Assembly: GCF_009914755.1 (NCBI RefSeq)
Contig: NC_060943.1
Origin: the human T2T-CHM13v2.0 reference genome, Homo sapiens
Strand: one strand, 5' to 3'
DNA: 64,000 nucleotides
The notes below the pieces were generated by a model. That model saw only the letters and a program-made list of their open reading frames with translations. It searched no databases and had not been told where the DNA came from. The first letter of the stretch is position 1; each line of letters opens with the position of its first letter. This document shows positions 1-29,683 of this stretch, piece after piece. The position numbers and the translations under genes are program-made.

Positions 1-2568
1 TGGGGTGGAGAGTTCTGTAGATGTCTATTAGGTCCACTTGGTGCAGAGCTGAGTTCAATTCCTGGGTATCCTTAACTTTCTGTCTCATTGATCTGTCTAA
101 TGTTGACAGTGGGGTGTAAAGTCTCCCATTATTAATGTGTGGTAGTCTAAGTCTCTTTGTAGGTCACTCAGGACTTGCTTTATGAATCTGGATGCTCCTG
201 TATTGGGTGCATATATATTTAGGATAGTTAGCTGTTCTTGTTGAATTGATCCCTTTACCATTATGTAATGGCCTTCTTTGTCTCTTTTGATCTTTGTTGG
301 TTTAAAGTCTGTTTTATAAGAGACTAGGACTGCAACCCCTGCCTTTTTTTGTTTTCCATTTGCTTGGTAGATCTTCCTCCATCCTTTTATTTTGAGCCTA
401 TGTGTGTCTCTGCACGTGAGATGGGTTTCCTGAATACAGCACACTGATGGGTCTTGACTCTTTATCCAATTTACCAGTCTGTGTCTTTTAATTGGAGAAT
501 TTAGTCCATTTACATTTAAAGTTAATATTGTTATGTGTGAACTTGATCCTGTCATGATGATGTTAGCTGGTTATTTTTCTCATTAGTTGATGCAGTTTCT
601 TCCTAGTCTCGATGGTCTTTACATTTTGGCATGATTTTGCAGCGGCTGGTACCGGTTGTTCCTTTCCATGTTTAGCACTTCCTTCAGGAGCTCTTTTAGG
701 GCAGGTCTGGTGGTGACAAAATCTCTCAGCATTTGCTTGTCTGTAAAGTATTTTATTTCTCCTTCACTTATGAAGTTTAGTTTGGCTGGATATGAAATTC
801 TGGGTTGAAAATTCTTTTCTTTAAGAATGTTGCATATTGGCCCCCACTCTCTTCTGGCTTGTAGGGTTTCTGCCGAGAGATCTGCTGTTAGTCTGATGGG
901 CTTCCCTTTGAGGGTAACCCAACCTTTCTCTCTGGCTGCCCTTAACATTTTTTCCTTCTTTTCAACTTTGGTGAATCTGACAATTATGTGTCTTGGAGTT
1001 GCTCTTCTCGAGGAGTATCTTTGTGGCGTTCTCTGTATTTCCTGAATCTGAACGTTGGCCTGCCTTGCTAGATTGGGGAATTTCTCCTGGATAATATCCT
1101 GCAGAGTGTTTTCCAACTTGGTTCCATTCTCCCCATCACTTTCAGGTACACCAATCAGACGTAGATTTGGACTTTTCACATAGTCCCATATTTCTTGGAG
1201 GCTTTGTTCATTTCTTTTTATTCTTTTTTCTCTAAACTTCCCTTCTCGCTTCATTTCATTCATTTCATCTTCCATTGCTGATACCCTTTCTTCCAGTTGA
1301 TCGCATTGGCTCCTGAGGCTTCTGCATTCTTCACGTAGTTCTCAAGCCTTGGTTTTCAGCTTCATCAGCTCCTTTAAGCACTTCTCTGTATTGGTTATTC
1401 TAGTTATACATTCTTCTAAATTTTTTTCAAAGTTTTCAACTTCTTTGCCTGTTGAAACTTTTTTCAAAGTTTTCAACTTCTTTGAATGTCCTCCCGTAGC
1501 TCAGAGTAATTTGATCGTCTGAAGTCTTCTTCTCTCAGCTCGTCAAAGTCGTTCTCTGTCCAGCTTTGTTCCGTTGCTGGTGAGGAACTACGTTCCTTTG
1601 GAGGAGGAGAGGCGCTCTGCTTTTTAGAGTTTCCAGTTTTTCTGTTCTGTTTTTTCCCCATCTTTGTGGTTTTATCTATTTTTGGTCTTTGATGATGGTG
1701 ATGTACAGTTGGGTTTTTGGTGTGGATGTCCTTTCTGTTAGTTAGTTTTCCTTCTAACAGACAGGACCCTCAGCTGCAGGTCTGTTGGAGTACCCTGCCA
1801 CGTGAGGTGTCAGTGTGCCCCTGCTGGGGGGTGCCTCCCAGTTAGGCTGCTTGGGGGTCAGGGGTCAGGGACCCACTTGAGGAGGCAGTCTGCCCATTCT
1901 CAGATCTCCAGCTGCGTACTGGAAGAACCACTGCTCTCTTCAAAGCTGTCAGACAGGGACATTTAAGTCTGCAGAGGTTACTGCTGTCTTTTTCTTTGTC
2001 TGTGCCCTGCCCCCAGAGGTGGAGCCTACAGAGGCAGGCAGGCCTCCTTGAGCTATGGTGGGCTCCACCCAGTTCCCTCTTCCAGGCTGCTTTGTTTACC
2101 TAAGCAAGCCTGGGCAATGGAGGGCGCCCCTCCCCCAGCCTCGCTGCCGCCTTGCAGTTTGATGTGAGACTGCTGTGCTAGCAATCAGCGAGACTCTGTG
2201 GGCATAGGACCCTCCGAACCAGGTGTGGGATATAATCTCGTGGTGCGCCCTTTTTTAAGCCCGTCGGAAAAGCCCAGTATTCGGGTAGGAGTGACCCGAT
2301 TTACCAGGTGCCATCTGTCACCCCTTTCTTTGACTAGGAAAGGGAACTCCCTGACCCCTTGTGCTTCCTGAGTGAGGCAATGCCCCACCCTGATTCGGCT
2401 CGTGCACGGTGCATGCACCCACTGTCCTGCGCCCACTGTCTTGCACTCCCTAGTGAGATGAACCCGGTACCTCAGATGGAAATGCAGACATCACCCATCT
2501 TCTGTGTCACTCACGCTGGGAACTGTAGACCAGAGCTGTTCCTATTCGGCCATCTTGGCTCCTTCCCC
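1..2568 (-). mobile_element. Young L1PA (L1PA2/3-like) 5' portion: 5'UTR 1662-2568, ORF1 619-1661 (frameshifted), ORF2 start at 555 (frameshifted near 118); continues beyond the window
   Basis: MGKKQNRKTGNSK... and MTGSSSHITILTLNVNGLN... (endonuclease); 5' end GGGGAAGGAGCCAAGATGGCCG; 5'UTR of about 907 nt. Confidence 0.95.
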
Positions 2569-2585
2569 AGTTGTTTTTTTTTTAA

Positions 2586-2928
<343 letters not shown>

Positions 2929-4058
2929 CGCACTTGGGATTTTTTGGTGAGGACTGTAGTTACCTGGAAAGGCCTTAGGATAGTGCCTGGTACATAGTGA
3001 GTGCTGCATCAGTGTGAGCTATTATAATTATGGGAATAGACAAAGGTGCCACCCTGGCCATCCAGAGTGGGGAGGTATTTTCCAGTCAGGGTCCAGGCAG
3101 GCCAGCTGGAGATGAAGCTGATTAGTGGGGAAGCTTAACTTCCAGGAGTGGAAGAATTTAGGAGGAGTAAACAGAATGCACAACATTCTGTAAACATTCC
3201 TTTACCCAACAGTAGGAATGCTCATAGTGGGTGTGGCTTCCGTGACAATCATTATCTCTTGGGAATCTAAGAATGTGTCCTAGAGTCAAATGGCTTTGAT
3301 GTAAGCCAAACCCAGAAATGGGCTTCAGGGCTGCCTTACACATAGCATTCATTCATCTTGAAAAAGGAAAGCATTCATCTTGCTAAAGGAATCCCCTCTT
3401 CTGGCCCAGGTCATTATTTTTGTTTTTGTACTGTCCTAATTTTTAAGGTGTAAGGAGAAAGACCAAAGAATAAAATAATGAAGTACATGTATGAAATAAC
3501 AGGGTAGAATTGAGACTGGTATGTGTAAGTTAAGAGAAATTGTGTATAAATTTTGTGTGAATAGAAAAAGGATTTCTTGTTGCAAACAGACCTCTCTATA
3601 TAAATAATACCCATTGCCTTCAGTGGATAGCAGACCGCATCACAAGAACATTCCAGCAGAGTCACGAGAGAATGGGTAGTGTGGCTTCTGTAATTGGCAG
3701 GTTAGACAGAGTAAGTTACTGAAGAGAAAGGAGTTGAAGGAGAAGATGGGTGAGGGCAAGAAAAATGGGAAGGTGAAAGGAAAGAACTGAAAGGAATGAT
3801 TACCAAGGGCTCATCAGGTACCAGGCTCTGTGATTAATGTCTCACACATGTTAATTTACTCTTCCACTGTCATTTTCTGATGCAGTAAGAGTCAGTCTTA
3901 CACTGCAGATGAGGAAAGAGGCTGAAGGAGGTCAAACGAGTGGCCCAGGGTCATCCAGCCACTTCATAGCAGAGCTAGTGTGTTTCACTGTGGTTTGCGC
4001 AGACAGAAAAGTGAGACATGGAAGGAAGGCAAAACATTTTTCTTGTCGGTGATGTTTA

Positions 4059-4409
<351 letters not shown>

Positions 4410-4766
4410 TCCACATCCTAACTCTTGGAACACATTTACTTGGAATGCATTTACTTTTCTTGGCAAAAACACTGTTCAAAGTTGATGAAGTTGAGTATTT
4501 TGAGATGGAAAGCTTATTCTGGCTTATCTGGGTGGCTCCCTGTATCATCATAAGGGTCCTTGTGAGTGAAAGAGGAAGGCAGGAGGGTCAGGGTGAGAAT
4601 GATGCAGTCTGAGAGACTCCACTGGCCATTGCTTCCTGTGAACATGTGTGATAAGACAAAATTACAACTAATTTAGTTATAGATGTAATTGGCTTTTATT
4701 TGTGATTTATGATTTGGGGCAGCTCTCCCTCTACAGATGCTTCAGCATCCCAAGTAGCTGGGACTA

Positions 4767-5865
4767 TATTGCAGGATCTGGCCAGCAGCCTGCAATGCAA
4801 CGGGGCTCTTTCTTTGTTCCCAGGCAGATTGGCAGGTTGAGAAATAAAAGACACACACAAGATAGTGAAAGCTGGGTCCAGAGGGGTCACTGCCTTCTGG
4901 TCCTGCGATGCTGCCAATGCACTGGATATACCAGCATTTATTATTAAGTTTAGTGAGAGTGTTGGTAGGTTAGTGAGGGATTTAGGGTCATTTATAGGCT
5001 CTCCGTAAGGGTCACATTCCATTCCCAGAGCTATGGACATCTGCTTTTCTGGGATAGGAATCTTGGTAATGTGAAACCTCCCTGACTGCATGTCCGTTCA
5101 TAGGCTCTCTGCAGGGGGAAGCACATCACGTGCTGTTGGCTCATTCTGGCAGTCCAACCTGGTATTTGTCTTTACACAATCCTGCATGCAACTTTGTATT
5201 TACAATAATCAGGAGCATTTCATCTTTCATTCCGTAGCAATAGTTCAGGGGTTCTCCCCACATCTCTGCTTTTCTCTGATTTAAATGAACCATAGCAATC
5301 ATAGCTTGGCACTGATCACAATTGGATTGAAGAACATTTTTTCCAATTTTACACATGAACAATAAACCAACAGCACAAATTATACACAGAACAAAATTAA
5401 CGATAGTGGATCCTCCCAAAGATTTTACCTATTGAATGGGGTTGAGATTAGATAACCCCTCAGAGATACTGTCTAAAACTTCAGCACTGGGTAAAGCAGT
5501 TAAGTGTGCTTGAGAAGCTTCAAAAATCTGTTCTTTCAGCTTGCTTATGTCTAAACTTAAATTATCTTCACTTCCTTGTAAATGGCATTTTACTGATTCC
5601 CGATTGTGACCAGACTCTTTATATTGGAACAGAGTTTTACAAAAATCAGAAGTGTTCCAATCAGGTTGCATTTGTAATCTATGTTCTAAACTCATAATTC
5701 TATCTCCCATCCATGTAACAGAAGCACATCCCGTGCTGTAGGCTCATTCTCGCAGCCCAACCTGTCATTGTGTTTACACAATCCTGCGTGCAATTTTGTA
5801 TTTACAATAGTCAAGAGCATTTCATCTTTTATTCTGTAGCAGTAGTTTCTGGGGGTCTCCCTACA
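4767..5865 (-). mobile_element. Internally deleted HERV-K (HML-class) provirus: partial 5' LTR (5718-5865), env TM fragment, full 3' LTR (4767-5262)
   Basis: env peptide [24 protein letters not shown]...[14 protein letters not shown]; duplicated LTR 5' end; ggacta/ggactg flanks. Confidence 0.82.
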
Positions 5866-6030
5866 GGACTGCAGGTGCACGCCACCATGCCTGGCTAATT
5901 TTTGTATTTTTAGTAGAGACAGGGTTTCACCATATTGATCAGGCTGATCTTGAACTCCTGACCTTGTGATCTGCCTGCCTTGGCCTCCCAAAGTGCTGGG
6001 ATTACAGATGTGAGCCACTGCACCCAGCCC
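5866..6030 (-). mobile_element. Alu left part, interrupted by the HERV-K; continues at 4741-4766
   Basis: caggtgcacgccaccatgcctggctaattttt...cccagcc. Confidence 0.85.
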
Positions 6031-6537
6031 ATAAATCACACATTTCTTTGAGTTTTTGTAATTCCAGCACAAGAGAAACCGTTTGATATTTGAAGAATGG
6101 CTGCACACAAATATTTGCACAGAAATAAAAACATCTGTAGATTCCACCACATGAGGGAGAATACCAGTATGACTATCAGGAGGAAAATATCAAGAGTTTG
6201 GAATATGCACCTTAGGCAAGATGCAAACCAACTACAATAGGATAGATCAAAGAAGAAGCCAGAAGAGTCTAGTCATTTTAACCAGGCAGCACATTTATTG
6301 ATTTTTACAACTGAGTCTCTATAATACCCGATGTATTTATCCATGTGCAACAAGAAGTGTCAGAAACTGCACAGACTCCCCGCGGTCCAGCTGGTAGAGA
6401 ACAATTCTATTATCTAGCATTGCATGTCTAGGTTAAATTAAAACAGGGAGTGAGAATAGGCAAGTATAGAAGTGGAAGCCTAAAAAAAACTCCATACATT
6501 TGAGGAAAAAGTTGTGTTACAGATGCAGCTAACGTCA

Positions 6538-6877
<340 letters not shown>

Positions 6878-7776
6878 CGAAGTGTGGTTGACATGATATA
6901 TCTGACACTGTTAACTTACTCTCAGAGGCTATTTCTGGTGAAATCCTAAGTACAGCATTATTCTGGGAAGCAAAGGAGACAGGCAAAAGCAAAGACAAAT
7001 TAAGAGAGGTAAGAGTCTCATCATGACTGATAGTCTTGTTCTGACATCTTGAGAAAAGCTGTCCACAGTGTAAAGTCATCAGCTTGTCGTGGTTTGCAGT
7101 TTGAGTGTCTCTAAGTTATGGTGTTGAACATTTGGTGAGCTCTTAGTGGCCCCCACCTCAAACACGAGGGTTTTCCCATGAAATTTACATTGAGTTGTCC
7201 ACCTCCACCTTATATGGCTTCAGGAACAGAGCCGCTCTTGTTCTTAATGATTTCATTGGAGAAAACTGAATTGGAAGAACTAAAAGAATTCAGGGTCCAG
7301 TCCAGTCTACCAGTGGATTATAAATACTCAAAGATAATGAACAGTGGTTCAATCTGGTAACAGGTGTACTACAGTTTTTCTTTTCAGCTAGTTTTTCTCT
7401 CTATCGGAGTCTCTATTTTTACCAAAGATAATTCCAATAAGATGAATTTGCTTGCAAAATAGGTTGAGTCTCACCGAACTTGCCCAGATTTTTTACCTAA
7501 GTGCGGCAAGAGTAGCAATGGACCATAGAGGCTCTTTTTAAACTTCTCTTTGCTAGAAGTTTTTAATAAGAATCTCAGATGAAACTTCCAAAAACCTCTT
7601 GAGACTAGGAAGCCAAACCAAGGCCCACTTCAGACTTTGCCTGCATTCCCTATGGGTTTATTCTATGTATATTCTCAAATATAACATCCCAGTCAAAGCC
7701 TTGGTAATATAACAAATGTTTTCAAATGTGTCCTGTTATAAAGAGAGCAGATTCTTACGGAACATGTGCAAATAAC

Positions 7777-7782
7777 TTTATT
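7777..7782 (-). terminator. Probable PSG9 polyadenylation signal AATAAA
   Basis: tttatt on the + strand about 300 nt downstream of the stop codon, inside ERV internal sequence. Confidence 0.7.
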
Positions 7783-8081
7783 ACCATAAACCTATGAATA
7801 CTCATGAATAGTTTCACAATTCTGGGGCATTCAGATAGACAGCAAAAGCAAATATTTCAATTTTTGTTTACAAAAGTATACTTTACCAATTGCTGAAGAA
7901 AAAAAGTTCATAAATCTGGAGAATAAAACATTCAAAGAATCAGCACATTTTCCAATAAAAAATTATGAAAACATTATCCTTTTGATTATTTAGTCCAATA
8001 ACATTGAGTTTTTTTCTTCTTTGTCTTGAATTTCATGAAGGTATCAGCCTGTTCTTTTTCTCAGTGTCTCAGTTGTTGCAG

Positions 8082-23900
<15,819 letters not shown>

Positions 23901-24040
23901 GGTCTCTGCTGCCTGCGTGTTCTCCTCTGTGGAGATGAGCCTAGGATCCAGAAGCTGTCTGAGCACGGCTGTCAGCTGTGCTGTCCTTCCTCCTTCTGTG
24001 CTGAGCCTCTTCCCGGGGCAGGAGCACTTCTCAAGCTCAT

Positions 24041-24062
24041 GGGCGGGGTCAGTCCCAGGACA
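24041..24062 (-). promoter_or_regulatory. PSG core promoter element (CCCCGCCC, Sp1/KLF box at about -148 to -141) overlapping a RARE-like motif TGTCCTGGGACTGACCC
   Basis: Motif and distance from the ATG match the known TATA-less PSG proximal promoter. Confidence 0.7.
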
Positions 24063-24211
24063 CCTCTCTGTCCCCTTCTCTCTCAGTCCTGCCTCCTTGT
24101 CCCTCCTTCTGTTTTTCCTTTTGTCTGTGTTTCAGGTCCCTGGGAGTTGTGGAGGCCTCTGCCTTTTTCAGCAGTGATTCTTTCACCAAACCTCAACACA
24201 CACTTTGTGCA

Positions 24212-24212
<1 letters not shown>

Positions 24213-24243
<31 letters not shown>
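24213..24243. repeat. (CA)n microsatellite in the PSG9 promoter; related runs at ~22724-22800, 58088-58135 and 59276-59313
   Basis: Direct inspection. Confidence 0.95.
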
Positions 24244-24246
<3 letters not shown>

Positions 24247-26207
24247 CCACACAGTCAGGCACATACCCTGCAGGTTGGGCAAGCACAGTCCTGGGCCTCA
24301 GCCTCCTGCTGTCCCCATGGCTCTGGGTTGGGGTGCACATTCATGCCTTTTACCCTCTTTCATCCCCATCTGGCTCTCCCCTTCAGTGCAGGAGGCTGGA
24401 GATGCACCAGGTCCCTGTCACAGTGACACCCCATTGTGCTGTGGGTGAGCTGTGTGTTGCCTGGTGAGAGGGACCCTTCCTTTCTCTAATCGTGTCAAGC
24501 TTGACTGCAGCTTCCAAGGATGGACTTTCAGGACCTGGGTGTCCCAGAGGAAACTGTCCTTCCTGGAGGTGTGCAGGGTGAATCTCTCATGCCTCTTAGG
24601 AGGAGAGGCCTGTGCTGGTTGCTCAGTGGGGGCTGTGAGTCCCATAGTCAAAGGGACAGTTCTCTGTCAGTCTATGGCTCCCTGGGGTCTGGCGGCTGAG
24701 CTGGAGCTCAGGGTTTCTCATGTTCTCCCTGACCATCTTTGATGTCCTCTCTTCTCTGCCCAGCTGATTGTCCTGTGGTCACCACACCTTCCCCGTGGTG
24801 GTGCAGGAGGAAGTGGGGAGTTACCCAGGAACCCCGCGGGACATGGCTCATTGAGACGCAGGAGGGGGAGCCTGGGACAGAGCAGGGGTTCAGAGCTGGA
24901 GAGATTCATCCCGACTTACTCCGTGGCCATGATGGGCTCAGCCCTCCATGTGCTGACACACCCAGGGGTCTGTCCTGAGGGTTTTGACCTGGCCAAGCTG
25001 CTGTCTGTAGAGGAGGAACAGGCAGTGACCAGAGAGGCTCTCTGGAGGGACGTTGCTCACACCTGAGAGGGCGGGTGGGGGTGAGTTGTGTTCTGGGAGC
25101 AAAGAGCAATAACACCGCCCTTCTCCACGCAAGTACACAGGAGAGGTCCGTCTTCCCAAGGGACAGCTGGGGGTAGGTGGCCACATCCCGGATGGTACCT
25201 GTGAATGACCATCACACGCTCTCTGAGCCCCCTGGGGTGCAGGGGGCAGGCAGGTGACAGGGTGCCTGGCTGATTCCCGGGGAGGCTGTGGGCCCTCAGG
25301 CAGCCGCTGTTCTGTGTCGGCGCTAGGCTTGGCCTGGGAAGCCCCAGAGAACAGGACAGATGGAGCAGGGGCAGGCATTTAGGGAGCAGTGACAGAAAGA
25401 GTTGATGAGGATGGAGAGAGTTCACGAGGGGAAAGCGCCCAGTGTGGCGTCGCGTGCACCAGCGCTGCCCTGGGAGATGCCTTTAGCTGGGCCCAGGGAA
25501 GGAGCAGGTGTGTGGGGCAGGAGCTCCCTGCAGAGGGAGTGGTGTTAGGTTGGCGGCCGCCAGGTCAGGGAGGAACTGACAGAGTCCGTGTGGGGAGCAT
25601 GGAGGGTGCTGAGGACTTGGGCCGAAGTGACCCTGGTGAGGGTGGACCCTGCTGGGCTGTGGGTTCCACTGAGGGAGGTTGGCATCCCCTGGGAAGGCTC
25701 CAGGCTGGGAGGGACTCTGTCGCCCTCTGGTGGACAGGGAGGGAAGTGTGAACGGCAGCAATCCCAGGCCAGGCTGCATGTTTTATTCCACTTCACACGA
25801 GGTCACACATATGTTATGTTACAGCTCCTTCACCTTCCAGCCCCGTGAGTCCCAGTCTCTGTGGCTCTACGTTCACTGTTATCCCTCTTTCACAATCAGA
25901 TGTCCCAAACGCAGATTTTTGTCACCTTCTGTGAGTTTGTGTTTGTGTGCAGTAGGCAACACTGTGAATACCCTGGGGGCAGTGATGCCTGGGGCTGAGC
26001 ACTGCACATGGGCTTGAGAGCAGAAGAGGGAGCAGCAGGGTGGGAAGATCAATGTCAGGGGGGCAAGGACAAGTCATTTTCATTTTCTCACTCCCAGGGA
26101 CCAGAACCCAGGATTCTGACTCCAGGGCACAGTACCACACCCTGCTGGTGTCCCTGGATGTCATGATGCTCATAGTGTCATGTTGCCTTGGCATTCATTT
26201 TTTAAGG

Positions 26208-26705
26208 TGTAAGTTTATTTGCCTCAAATCAGAGGCAGGGCTTGGTCACCATGGCAGTTTTCAATACTGTGTCTGGTTCAAGTGGCTCCAGTTGGTGTCC
26301 AGAGATCAAATCTTAGAGGCATCTCTCCTGCTTGGTGTGCTGGGCTCCCCTCTCTCAAGCTGCTTTCTTTAAACTGATAATTCTGACATTCGCCCTCACA
26401 TTTAAAGTGACTACCTCTCAGTCACAGCGTGAGCTCCTGGTCCCAGTGTTTGCTGCTTGCTTTGAACACATCCATTAAAGCTCCCTGCTGGAAACCTGTC
26501 AGATAACACCCTGGACTTAATAAAGCCATTCGCTTACAGGTCTCTTCTCTCCTCCCTGCATGGGGTCACTGACCACTGTGTCTGTGGTCTCCAGGTGTGC
26601 CGAGTGCTCCCTAGTGTCTGGAAGTAGTAAAAATACTTACATTTTCACGTTGTGGTTGTATTGCTGTTGCCTCACATGCCATCCAGGGCCTGACATTGAG
26701 GCTGC
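26208..26705 (+). mobile_element. Old LTR-like element upstream of PSG9, family unassigned; paralog ~61140-61625
   Basis: TGT...ACA-bounded ~500 bp block with aataaa, present in both units. Confidence 0.4.
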
Positions 26706-26919
26706 CCTATGGGACCTGTGCTGGTTGAGCCCTTGCTGGAGCTCTTGTTTTGGGGCCTTTGATTCTCCTGGGGACAGGAGCTTCCAGCTAATTTGATTGA
26801 AATACTGATGTGTTTCATTGACACACTGGGTCAGATGATGTATTCATGGGCTTCAGCTGCCATAACAAACACCTTAGCTTGGGTGAACGATATAATAGAA
26901 ATCTATTTTTCACAGTTCT

Positions 26920-28350
26920 GTGAATAATGTGCTATTTCAACCACTTTAAAATGCACAATCAAGTGAAATTAACCACATACACAGTGTTAAATTACCATCA
27001 CCACTATTTTCCCTAGAAAATTTTTATCATTTTAAACTGAAACTTTGTATCTTTTAAACAATACCTCCTTGTATGTTCCACCCTAGACTTTGATCATCTC
27101 TACTCTGTCTCTATGAATTTGCCTATTCTTGATGTCTAATATAAATGGAATTATACACTTACGTTAATTTGTTTCTGACATATTTCACTTAGCATAATAT
27201 TTCCAAAGTCCATGCATGTTCCAGTGGGTATCAGAGCTTCATTCCTCTGTATGGCAGATTAACATTCTGTTGTATGTGTCACCATATTTATTTATTGATG
27301 TGTTGAGGAGCACTTGGATTGTTTTCATATTTTATATTTTGTGAATAATGCTGCAATCAACATTCCCATGCAAGTACCTGTTTGAGTCCCTGGATTTAAT
27401 TCTTTGGGTATATACCTAGGAATGGAAGTTGTTTCAAATGACAATTCTATGATTAGCTTTTTGAGGAAAAGCAAAACTGTTTCTCCTTTTTATATTCTCA
27501 CCAGCAATGTATGAAGATTCCAAATTCTACATAATACTGGTACTTGTTATTTAACATTTTAAAAGAATGGTAGCCAGTTTTGTAGGTGAGTTGTCGTGTC
27601 TCATTGATGCTTTGACTTTGTATTTTCCTAACGACTAATGATGTTGCGTATCTTCTCATGTCCTTCTTGACTATTTGTATATCTTCCTTGAAGAAATGTC
27701 TATTTGAGTCTTTTGCCCATTTATAAATTGGATGGTTTGTCCTTTTGTTATTGAGTTGTAGCTAGTTCTTTATATTATCTGGACATGAAAACTGCCTATA
27801 TGTGGTTTGCAAATATTTTCTCTCATTCTGTGTCTATTAATTATTTTCTTGATAATTTCCTTTGATTTACAAAAGGCTCACATCTTGATAAAGCCCAATG
27901 TATATTTTTTTCTTATTTCTCATGCTTTTGTATCATATCTAAGAATCCATTGCACATTTGAGGTCATCAATATTTACATCTATGTCTATTTTAAGATGTT
28001 TTTATGGTTATAGATCTTATATTTAACTCACTGATCAATTTTTTAGAGAATTGTTTGATATGGTGGGAGGTAGAGTTATCTAAATTCACTGTTTTGCATG
28101 TGGTTATCTAGTTGTTTCTGCACTATCATTAGAAAGGAGAATTGTTCCTCCATTAAATTGTCTTGACACCCTCTTCAAAGAGTAATTGACCATAAGTGTG
28201 AGGGTTTATTTCTAGACTCTCAATTCTATCCCATTTGTCTTTATGTCCATTCTTTTGCCAGCAGCTTCTGTTTTAATAATTGTACTCCTTTGTGAGATTT
28301 CAAATAAGAAAGTTCAAGTCCTACAATTTCTTTTGGCAAGATTGTTTTGG
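26920..28350 (-). mobile_element. Old L1M 3' fragment
   Basis: T-rich L1 antisense signature (tttgggtatatacctagg, aaatgtctatt). Confidence 0.75.
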
Positions 28351-28677
28351 CTATTCTGGGGTCCTTTTTTGAAAGGTGGGGAGGCCAATGTTTCACAATT
28401 GGGAAAGCCTTTTCTGTCTTCTTCAGGGGGAAATTTGGGAGAATCTTTTAAGAAACTTAATCTAAGTAGGTAAACTGTCACCACTTTATTTGCTGAAGTG
28501 CTATGTTAAAGTGTGCATTGCCTCTTGTGGAAGAATTGTGAGACCCTGGAAGCACTTGCCCATGTGGTGAGAGACAGTGAATTCCACGATGAGGGGCAGA
28601 GAGGACATTGTTTTGTGATACAGTGTTGTTGGGGGAGTTGTATACATCTCAACTTCTTTATGTCTCTGTACAGTGGG

Positions 28678-29683
28678 TGTAGGGACCAGCCCCACAGAGT
28701 CGGTGGGCTTTTCTCCCCGTGTGCAGAGATGAGAGATTGTAGAAACAAAGACACAAGACAAAGAGATAAAAGAAAAGACAACTGGGTTGGGGGGACCACT
28801 ACCACTAAGATGTGGAGACCAGTGGTGGCCCCGAATGCCAGGCTGTGCTGATATTTATTGGATACTAGACAAAGGGGCAGGATAAGGAGTGTGAGCCATC
28901 TCCAATTGATAGGTAAGGCCACATGTGTCACATGTCCACTGTACAGAGGGCCCTTTCCTGCCTGGAAGCTGAGGCAGAGAGAGAGAGGAGAAAGAGAGAG
29001 AGAGCTTACACCATTATTTCTGCTTATTACAGACTTTTAGTACATTCGCTAATTTCCTACTGCTAACTAAACGGCAGAGCCACGTGTACAGGATGGAACA
29101 TGAAGGCGGACTAGGAGTGTGACCACTGAAGCACAGCATCACAGGGAGACAGTTAGGCATCTGAATAACTGCGGGTCGACCTGACTAATGTCAAGCCCTC
29201 CACAAGAGGTGGAGGAGCAGAGTCTTCTCTAAACTCCCCCGGGGAAAGGGAGACTCCCTTTCCCAGTCTGCTAAGTAGTGGGTGTTTTTCCTTGACACTG
29301 AGGCTACCACTACATCATGGTTCGCCTGGAAACCGGCATCTTCCCAGACCCTGGCGTTACCACTAGACCAAGGAGACCTCTAGTGGCCCTATCTGGGCAT
29401 AACAGAAGGCTCGCACTCTTGTCTTCTGGTCACTTCTCACTATGTCTCCTCAGCTCCTATCTCTGTATGGCCTGGCTTTTCCTAGGTTATGATTATAGAC
29501 CAAAGATTATTATAATATTGGAATAAAGAGTAATTGCTACCAATTAATGATTAATGATATTCATATATAATCATATCTAAGATCTATATCTGGTATAACT
29601 ATTCTTCTTTTATATTTTATTGTACTGGAAAGGCTCGTGCACTCAGTCTCTTGCCTCGGCAACTGGGTGTCCTGCCGCCCACA
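28678..29683 (-). mobile_element. Solo LTR13 (ERVK), 1006 bp, with perfect 6-bp TSD AGTGGG
   Basis: Minus strand starts TGTGGGCGGCAGGACACCCAG...GAGGCAAGAGAC and ends CCCTACA; agtggg at 28672-28677 and 29684-29689. Confidence 0.88.

Noticed and set aside
97-1661. Active L1 retrotransposon
   Set aside because: ORF1 is frameshifted near 1450 and ORF2 near 118.
24039-26372. Dense overlapping 60-146 aa ORFs upstream of PSG9 and at 58961-61130
   Set aside because: GC-rich promoter flank and CA repeats give chance ORFs; they are not conserved between the two paralogous copies and show no recognisable domain.
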